Assembly (NCBI RefSeq): GCF_000007225.1
Contig: NC_003364.1
Coordinates: 1,500,001 to 1,532,000, forward strand
From: Pyrobaculum aerophilum str. IM2
Lineage (GTDB): Archaea; Thermoproteota; Thermoprotei; Thermoproteales; Thermoproteaceae
DNA length: 32,000 nt
Direction: 5' to 3'
In this document: piece after piece, positions 25,307 through 32,000 of the stretch
Layout: the number at the start of each line of letters is the position of its first letter
Position numbering within the stretch: the stretch's first letter is position 1
Position numbers and translations under genes: made by a program
The notes under the pieces: generated by a model
Database searches by the model: none
What the model was told of the DNA's origin: nothing
What the model saw: only the letters and a program-made list of their open reading frames with translations

Positions 25307-26353
25307 ATGCCAATACATCCCTCAGTAACAGAATTGGAAAAGCTAGTGATAGACAAGGAGAGTTATAAGAGGATGTTGGAGGAGTGGCTTAAATACTCGT
25401 GGCGATGGGCCGTAAACGAGAAATACAAGCTGGTGTTCAAAGTCCAAGCCTCTATTCTGAGGGCGTTGCGAGAGTTTCTCGATTCCAAAGGCTTTGTGGA
25501 AGTGCTGTCTCCCATTATAGGCCCCGTCACTGACCCGGGCATTAGGGGGGCTAAACAAGCCTCTATTGACTTCTACGGGGCTGAGTATAAGGTTATGTCT
25601 TCCGCCATTCTCTACAAGCAGTATATGGCGAGGGTATTGGGCAAGATCTACTTCGTCAGCCCAAACATTAGGCTGGAGCCTCCCGACAGCATATTCACAG
25701 GGAGGCACTTAGTGGAGTTCTACCAATTAGACTTGGAGATGTACAAGGCCACTTACCATGAGGCAATGGACTTGGCAGAGGACCTCATAACTTATGTGGT
25801 TAAGTATGTTAAAGACGTCCACGGCAAAGAGCTAGAGGCAGTCTTGGGGAGGCAGTTGTACGAGTTCAAGAGGCCTTTCAAGCGGTATAGCCACAAAGAG
25901 GCGGTGGAATTTGTGAACAAGCTCGGCTGTGAAAACTCGCCGAGGGAGGAACTTAGGTGGGAGTGCGAAAAGGTCATGTCGGCCCACCACGACTCCCCCT
26001 TCTTTGTCTACGACTACCCAAGAGGCTCCCGGGGATTTTACGACAGAGAGGACCCCGAGCGTCCTGGCGTGTTGAGAGACTTCGACATGTTATACCCAGA
26101 GGGATTTGGCGAGGCTATAAGCGGGGCTGAGAGGGAATTTGAGCCCGAGAGGCTAGTGGAGAGGATTAGAGAGGGCGGGGAGGATCCCGCCAAGTACCAG
26201 TGGTTTTTACAAATGGCCAAGGAGCTATACCCGCTACAGACCGCTGGGTTTGGGATTGGGGTGGAGAGGCTCACCAGATATATATGCGGTCTGAGGGCAG
26301 TGTGGGAGGCAAGGCCCTATCCAAAAGTGGCGGGCATAATTGGAGGGCCTTAG
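25307..26353 (+). CDS. class-II aaRS catalytic-core paralogue without anticodon-binding domain; AsnRS-like archaeal asparagine synthetase A candidate
   Basis: 348 aa. Motif 1 is like FLDSKGFVEVLSPII, motif 2 is like GRHLVEFYQLDLEM, and motif 3 is like GFGIGVERLTRYICGL. There is no N-terminal OB fold. The gene is adjacent to glnA. Confidence 0.7.
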   Translation: MPIHPSVTELEKLVIDKESYKRMLEEWLKYSWRWAVNEKYKLVFKVQASILRALREFLDSKGFVEVLSPIIGPVTDPGIRGAKQASIDFYGAEYKVMSSAILYKQYMARVLGKIYFVSPNIRLEPPDSIFTGRHLVEFYQLDLEMYKATYHEAMDLAEDLITYVVKYVKDVHGKELEAVLGRQLYEFKRPFKRYSHKEAVEFVNKLGCENSPREELRWECEKVMSAHHDSPFFVYDYPRGSRGFYDREDPERPGVLRDFDMLYPEGFGEAISGAEREFEPERLVERIREGGEDPAKYQWFLQMAKELYPLQTAGFGIGVERLTRYICGLRAVWEARPYPKVAGIIGGP

Positions 26354-26456
26354 TTATAATTTTAAAACTCTCAGCCCAGTTTCTGGGAAAAGATTAATTT
26401 CCCGATCAGACACGTGACACTCTATCAAAACCTCTGTTGCGCCAGCTCTTTTTTTA

Positions 26457-27542
26457 TTACCTGCGCCAGAACCAAAAGGCCGGGGATGCGGCTAATAACA
26501 ACAACGCAGCGGCGTAAAAGACATAACTGGGGCCCAGCTTTAAGTAAATCCAGCCGGCGAGAGAAGGGCCTATAATTCGCCCGAGCGACGCCGTTGATTG
26601 TAAGGCCCCAAAGCCGATGCCCCGGCCCCTCTCCCCCTGGGAGAAAAGGGCGAAAAGGCTGGAAGAGGCAACCATCTGACCAACAGCGGCCACCGCAGAT
26701 CCAAGATAAAGGCCTAGCTCTCCCAGCGCGGGTAGCACTCCTATACCCGCCCCCGTGGCCACAAAGCCCGCCAGCGCCGATGTGGTGTACGCCACTCTCC
26801 CCTCTAATCTCCTCACGGCGGGTTGTGCCGAGGCTACCGCCAGGCCAATTATTAACATCAAAACGCCCAGATCGCTGGGAGCCATTTTGAACACATCCGC
26901 GGCGTAATACACCAGCATGGACTCGAACATTGAGAAGGCCAGATTAAGCGCCAGGACTAACCCGGCTACGGCGCCGAATTGTAAGCTAATGCTAAACCCC
27001 ACCCTCCCCCTCACTCTTGGCAGTGAGGTAGACAAGGCGGCGGCAGCGGCCGAGAATATAACAGCGGCTATAAATGGCGTCCTCACGCCCCATACGGAGA
27101 GCAATCCCCCCACAACGGGCCCTAGTATAAAGCCAATGCCAAAGGCCACGCCGAAGAGGGCCATGTTACTAGCCCTCCTTTCAGGCGGGCTTAAATCCGC
27201 AATTAGCGCTTGGACGGCCCCAAGGGTCCCCCCGCCCATGCCAGACACCGCCCTCGCCAGCGCCAGCTCTGCAAGACTCCTGGCGCCGTACGCCATCGCG
27301 CTACCTATAGCCGCTAGCGCCAGCCCCAGAGTAATCACAGGCCCCCTGCCGATTCTATCTGAAAGCGCCCCCCAGAGAGGCGCAGAGACCATTTGTACCG
27401 CTGAGAAAATTGATACCAGCACGCCGTATGCCTCAGATCCGCCTCCCAGCTCTTTCACTACGTAGGGCATAACCGGTATGACAATTCCAAAGCCCAGCAT
27501 GTGAATTGCGACTACGCCGAGCAGTGTAAATATTGGGCGCAT
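26457..27542 (-). CDS. MFS transporter
   Basis: 361 aa with about 10-12 TM segments. MFS motif A is GALSDRIGRGPV. Confidence 0.85.
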   Translation of the reverse strand: MRPIFTLLGVVAIHMLGFGIVIPVMPYVVKELGGGSEAYGVLVSIFSAVQMVSAPLWGALSDRIGRGPVITLGLALAAIGSAMAYGARSLAELALARAVSGMGGGTLGAVQALIADLSPPERRASNMALFGVAFGIGFILGPVVGGLLSVWGVRTPFIAAVIFSAAAAALSTSLPRVRGRVGFSISLQFGAVAGLVLALNLAFSMFESMLVYYAADVFKMAPSDLGVLMLIIGLAVASAQPAVRRLEGRVAYTTSALAGFVATGAGIGVLPALGELGLYLGSAVAAVGQMVASSSLFALFSQGERGRGIGFGALQSTASLGRIIGPSLAGWIYLKLGPSYVFYAAALLLLAASPAFWFWRR

Positions 27543-27583
27543 GTCCCCGTGTAAAATTGCCTTTTAAAAAAATAAAGCGATTT

Positions 27584-28459
27584 TTAATACCCAGGCTGGA
27601 TCTCCTTACCTGTCTTATTTAACGGCTTAAGCGTAGCTGGCGGAAGCCTCGTGTTGGCCCCGGCGAGCTCCTTGTCGGCGTATTCGTAAATCCTCCAGAA
27701 AATCCTGTATACGATGTGATCTGCCTTAGTCCAGAAAAATGCCCAGAAGAACAATGCCACGGGTATGGCGTGGAAATGTATGGCGAAAGTCAAAAACGCC
27801 TCGGCGGCTTCTCCATAGTAAGCCCACGCCAGTATTGCCCCTTGTAGCACAAACTCGCTGATGCTCAGCAACAGCACCATTATTGGCAAATACTCCGCGC
27901 CGAGCCAGTCCCATATCCCCCTGTAATTAACCTCTTTATATCTCACAGACAGCCAGATTAAAGCTCCCACCACCATAAAAACTCCTCCCAACATACCGGC
28001 AATTCTCGCCGGGTGTGTGAAATCTAGCACTATCATGTTGTGTGGGAATGTGATATAGGCCACTGTGGTAGCGATTCCCGCGAATACAAAGCCCCACACA
28101 ATTAACAGCTTGGCAACCCTCTTGGCTGTCCTAGTCCTAACGATTTCCCTCTCCGACTTGCCGAATTCGCACTTGAGGATGTTCATTGCCAAGACGTCTA
28201 CGAACAGGGTTTTGAAAAACGCCGATATGACGCGGCCGGCGCCCATTGGCGGCTTGTTCGCCAGGAGTTTACTCTCCCACTGCCCGTATGGGATGATTAT
28301 CTGTATCTGGGGATAGCGGGTTACGTTATACTGCTTAACGCCCTTGTACAAAAACGTTGCGATTATCCACAACACAGTGATTATCGCAAGGACATCTATG
28401 ATGAACCAGTCCACGGGACTTTCAACACATTGATACGGACCGCACGGAACAGGCGCCAT
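27584..28459 (-). CDS. polytopic membrane protein divergent from aprBA; possible quinone-interacting membrane anchor (AprM/HdrE/NarI-like is a guess)
   Basis: 291 aa with about 6 TM segments carrying conserved-looking histidines (FTHPARIAG, AIHFHAIPV, KADHIVY). An 84-bp divergent promoter region is shared with aprB. Confidence 0.55.
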   Translation of the reverse strand: MAPVPCGPYQCVESPVDWFIIDVLAIITVLWIIATFLYKGVKQYNVTRYPQIQIIIPYGQWESKLLANKPPMGAGRVISAFFKTLFVDVLAMNILKCEFGKSEREIVRTRTAKRVAKLLIVWGFVFAGIATTVAYITFPHNMIVLDFTHPARIAGMLGGVFMVVGALIWLSVRYKEVNYRGIWDWLGAEYLPIMVLLLSISEFVLQGAILAWAYYGEAAEAFLTFAIHFHAIPVALFFWAFFWTKADHIVYRIFWRIYEYADKELAGANTRLPPATLKPLNKTGKEIQPGY

Positions 28460-28543
28460 TGAGAAAGGCTACTGTGCCTTAAAAAAGTGTTATTCCCAAT
28501 GGGTAGATAATAATACATTTTTATAGCACGCCTCCACTACCCC

Positions 28544-29034
28544 ATGCCCACATTAGTATACGCCTCTCTATGTAAAGGCTGTGGCAAGTGCGTCGATATA
28601 TGCCCGGCGGATAATATGCAGTACAACCCCAAGAATAGAAAGGGCTATAACGCAGATCCCATTAGTTGCGCCGAGTGTATGAACTGCGTTAAATACTGCC
28701 CAGAGCACGCCGTTGACGTCAGGCCCTATTCAGACTTCGCCCCCTTGGGGCTCGAATAGGCGTGGTGAGAGATACGAAAAAGAACATTATCTACTGGAGA
28801 ATAGTATACCGCGACGGCACTGTATACGACTTCGCCTCCCCCATAAGGACTACTCCCTGGGGGTCGGCCAAGGGGGCCTTGGACTACCCGGAGAGACAAG
28901 ACTTAGACTCGGAGTTGCTCGCCCTTGAGGACAAGCCGGAGTATCTGGGGTTCCCAGAGTTGCCGCGGCCTAAACAAGCTGTTAGAATAGTGGGCAGTCT
29001 CTTAAAGGCTAAGCAACAGTCAGGGGGGAGGTAG
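28544..29034 (+). pseudogene. aprB: adenylylsulfate (APS) reductase beta subunit AprB, split by a 1-nt frameshift in a G run
   Basis: Part 1 (28544..28759) carries two ferredoxin Cys clusters, CKGCGKCVDICP and CAECMNCVKYCP, and then ...DFAPLGLE stop. Part 2 (frame open from 28717; track ORF 28762..29034) carries IYWRIVYRDGTVYDFASPIRTTPWGS, a hallmark of AprB. Adding one G to gggg at 28747-28750 gives ...APLGARIGVVRDTKK... Confidence 0.85.
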
Positions 29035-29035
29035 T

Positions 29036-30919
29036 ATGTCCCTCCACTTCCCCACTAAAATAGTCGACACCGACATTTTAGTAGTAGGCGGCGGGATGGC
29101 GGGATGCGGCGCCGTTTTTGAGGCCAAGTACTGGTGCAGAGGGAGGTGTAAAGTAACGCTTGTTGATAAGGCAAATACCGAGAAGTCCGGCGCCGTGGGG
29201 ATGGGCCTCTCTGCGTGTAACTTAGGCGTGTTTACCACAGACCCCGACGATCCAAAGCCCGAGGATTTTGTGCAATACGTGAGAAACGACCTACTCGGCG
29301 TGGTGAGAGAGGACTTGATATACGATATTGCCAGGCACATGACCTCCACTATTAAGCTCTTTGACGAGTGGGGACTCCCCATATGGCGTGATCCAAAAAC
29401 GGGCAAATACCTGAGAACTGGCCGCTGGCAACACCCCATACACGGCGAGTCCTATAAAGCTATTATCGCAGAGGCGTGTAGAAAATCCGCCGACGAGGTG
29501 TACGAGCGGGTTTTCGTCACACACCCGCTTCTAGACGAGTCTAGGCCTAATAGAATAGCTGGCGTCGTGGGGTTCCACGTGAGAGACGGCACTTTCTACG
29601 TCTTTAGAGCCAAGGCCGTGATAGTGGCAGCGGGAGGCACATCGCTTTTATACAGGCCGAGGAGCGTCGGCGAGGGGCTGGGCAGGGCGTGGTATCCCAC
29701 TTGGGCGAGCGGAAGCGCCTACGCCATACCAATACTGGCCGGCGCCGAGACTGTGAATTTTGAGTTCAGGCTCGTAGTAGTGCGTTTTAAAGACGCCTAC
29801 GGCCCCGTGGGCTTCCCGTACCTACTGTTGAAAATGCGCTCTACTGACGTCAAAGGCAAACAGTGGGAGCCGCTGCCAGATGAGGCAAAGGCCGAGCTCG
29901 CCAAGATATTCTACGACTTCGCATGGGCGAGGCCCACGCCAACGCCAATACGCACATGGGTCACTATACAGAACTTAAAAGAGGGAAGAGGTCCCGACTT
30001 AATGCAGACTCAAGAGCGCCTCCCCGACGAGGAGTCCCTTAAAGTCCTCTTCGAGGACTATCTGGACATGACGCCTACGCAAGTATTCCTCTGGGCCTCT
30101 CAGAACATCCACCCGCAGAAGACGCCGTCTGAGCTAATGCCAACTGAGCCGTATGTTCAAGCCAGCCACGCCTCTTCGGGCGGGATGTGGGCATCGGGAC
30201 CTCCCGACATTGCGCCGGAGGAGTACAAATGGGGCCCGAACAGAATGCTCACAGTGGAGGGCCTATTCGGCGCGGGGGACGTGGTGGGGGCCTCGGGGCA
30301 TAAATTCAGCAGCGGCTCTTTTACCGAGGGGAGAATAGCGGGCAAAGCCGCTGTTAGATACGTGCTGACCCAAGCCAAGGACTACAAGCCCACTATAAGC
30401 AACGACACTATTGAGCGGTATTAGGAAATTGTGTATAGGCCTTTGGAGTGGTATCACAAAAACAAGCCGTTGACCACCACGCCGAAGATGCCCCCGCAGT
30501 ATACCAACTGGTTTGAAATACACCCCAACTATTTAAACTGGTACCAGCTGTTAGTCAGGCTCCAGAAAATAATGGACGAATACGCCGCTGGATGGGGGAT
30601 GTTCTACACCACAAACATGTACCTCTTAAACAGAGGCTGGGAGCTGTTGAAAATGCTAGAAGAGGACTTCCGCTTCGCCGCCGCGGCGAGCCTCCACGAG
30701 CTCTTAAGAGTGTGGGAGTTCTACCACCGCCTCTTAGTGGGACAGGCCGTGGTGTTCTCCATGATGCATCGCAAGGAGAGCCGCGGCTATTACTTCAACG
30801 CCGACTATCCGTATATTGACGAAGAGAATTGGCACGTCTTCACTCACGTCAGAAGGGATCCCAAGACCGGGCAGTGGAGCTTTAGGACATCCCCGGTGAT
30901 ACACATAATCCCGCCCTAA
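29036..30919 (+). pseudogene. aprA: APS reductase alpha subunit AprA (FAD flavoprotein) interrupted by an in-frame TAG
   Basis: Track ORFs 29036..30424 and 30431..30919 are in the same frame and are separated only by TAG 30422-30424. Together they show DILVVGGGMAGCGA, SGAVGMGLSA, HGESYK, FKDAYGPVG, HKFSSGSFTEGRIAGKAA, and after the stop VRLQKIMDEYAAG. These are collinear with Archaeoglobus-type AprA as I remember it. A GGAGGT lies just upstream of the ATG. Confidence 0.88.
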
Positions 30920-31014
30920 TTTTTATATATAATTTTTTTTACCACGCCCACTCCCCTTTTTTATGATCCATAATTTTAAAAATAAGTTTTTAAAGGGAAT
31001 CGCTAGGCCTTTTT

Positions 31015-31518
31015 ATGCTCGTCGGGGTGATCTCAGACACTCACGACGACTACAAGGCCATTTATAAATTTGGGGAAATTGCCAGGAGGGTGGGCGTGTC
31101 GGCTGTTATACACGCCGGCGATTGGACCTCGCCGTTTTCAATGTTAAAAATGAGGAGGGCGCTGGGCCGGGAGATACCCGTTTACACCGTGTTCGGCAAT
31201 AATGACGGCGATAGATACAATTTCGCCAAAAGAGCCGCAGATTCCCAAGTGGATATACTGGGCGAGGCTGGGGTGGTAGAGCTCGACGGCGTGAAAATAG
31301 GGGTTTACCACGGCACTTCTGAAATACTAGTAGAGGCAATGGCCAAGTCGGGGCTTTTTGACGTCGTTATCTACGGCCACACCCATAAAATAGATATAAG
31401 GCGCGTAGACGGGGTGTTAGTTGTAAACCCTGGGGAGGCGTGCGGCTGTGCCAGCGAGAGGAAGACGGCGGCTTTGTTAAATGTGGAAAAAATGGATGTG
31501 GAAATTATAGATCTTTAA
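31015..31518 (+). CDS. MJ0936/YfcE-family metallophosphoesterase
   Basis: 167 aa with ISDTHD, HAGDW, GNNDGD and GHTH motifs. Confidence 0.85.
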   Translation: MLVGVISDTHDDYKAIYKFGEIARRVGVSAVIHAGDWTSPFSMLKMRRALGREIPVYTVFGNNDGDRYNFAKRAADSQVDILGEAGVVELDGVKIGVYHGTSEILVEAMAKSGLFDVVIYGHTHKIDIRRVDGVLVVNPGEACGCASERKTAALLNVEKMDVEIIDL

Positions 31519-31526
31519 AAAACAAA

Positions 31527-31862
31527 TTAGACGCAGCCTGTGGGCTTCGGCGCGCCTGCCACTTTACAAGCTCCGTGCGCAGGCCCCGAGGGGAATAGCT
31601 GGTAGATTTTCTCCAAGGAGAAGCCCGTCTCTTTAGTGACCATTTTAATTGGCGGGCAGGAGCCGAAGGTCTCCCAATACTCCCTTAAGTATTTTACCAA
31701 CTTCCAATGCTCCTCGGTCATTTTTTGTATGCCCTCTAGCTCTCTGGCCAACCACTCAGCCACTTTTTCGTCCCAGTCCTCTGGGTTTTGCATAAAACAG
31801 TCCTCGTCTAGTATAACTTTTTTGCCATCAACTTGGTACTCGCCGGGACATTTCACTGGCAT
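31527..31862 (-). CDS. dsrC: DsrC (dissimilatory sulfite reductase gamma/TusE-family) with both C-terminal redox cysteines
   Basis: 111 aa. It has the W.E.VA..LA..EGI.....HW.....R.Y pattern. The C-terminus is HGACKVAGAPKPTGCV, with a penultimate Cys and a second Cys ten residues before it. Confidence 0.9.
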   Translation of the reverse strand: MPVKCPGEYQVDGKKVILDEDCFMQNPEDWDEKVAEWLARELEGIQKMTEEHWKLVKYLREYWETFGSCPPIKMVTKETGFSLEKIYQLFPSGPAHGACKVAGAPKPTGCV

Positions 31863-32000
31863 GTTGAGCCCTACTGTTATAGTTTGTTAATTTTTATTCT
31901 CAATTTTCTGAGCATATACCCGATGTAATCGCCATATAGCTATTGCATATTCTAGTTAATAATATTTAAAAATCGGGCTCTTGAAAGCATTCATGGCCGA

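Noticed and set aside
26354-26456. A possible C/D box sRNA lies on the - strand (ttgatag-N12-ctga … ctga).
   Set aside because: The putative C box (UUGAUAG) lacks the second GA of RUGAUGA. There is no credible C' box, and no terminal stem. An eye scan of the intergenic regions for canonical RUGAUGA...CUGA pairs found none. The one ATGATGA noted anywhere (28398-28404) lies inside the 27584-28459 membrane-protein CDS and has no CTGA at the right distance.
30422-30424. The amber codon in aprA might be a pyrrolysine or other recoding site.
   Set aside because: No pyl genes or a PYLIS-like context are visible, and pyrrolysine is not known in Crenarchaeota. A nonsense mutation or a sequencing error is the simpler explanation.

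Overview
The window looks like a GC-rich chromosomal segment of a hyperthermophilic crenarchaeon, most likely Pyrobaculum or another member of the Thermoproteales. Three things point that way: a PaREP1-family gene, a fused ThiD-ThiN, and mostly leaderless genes with TATA-like boxes about 20-30 nt upstream of the start codon. No rRNA, tRNA or CRISPR array was found.

Most of the content is housekeeping:
- LysJ/ArgD-type aminotransferase
- NAD(P)H-hydrate repair enzyme Nnr
- VKOR homologue
- a thiamine module, thiW / P-loop ORF / fused ecfAA' / ecfT / thiDN
- 5-formyl-THF cyclo-ligase-like protein
- NfeD protease
- Arch_ATPase
- secreted beta-propeller protein
- glutamine synthetase next to an AsnRS-like asparagine synthetase
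- MFS transporter

The accessory or unusual parts are:
1. A stand-alone tnpB (IS200/IS605 OrfB-type) gene. It is bracketed by about 130-bp imperfect inverted repeats built from GTTGAAC hairpin modules, and it has a mirror-symmetric TCCTGA/TCAGGA site array in its leader.
2. A small island with two HEPN/nucleotidyltransferase pairs. In one pair the DUF86 HEPN is frameshifted, and its catalytic half is fused in frame to the NTase.
3. A dissimilatory sulfur block, aprB-aprA-(phosphoesterase)-dsrC. Here aprB carries a 1-nt frameshift in a G run and aprA carries an in-frame TAG, and a nearby TauE/SafE exporter gene is frameshifted in a T run. dsrC looks intact.

All calls rest on reading the ORF translations and the nucleotide sequence by eye. 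No database search was run.
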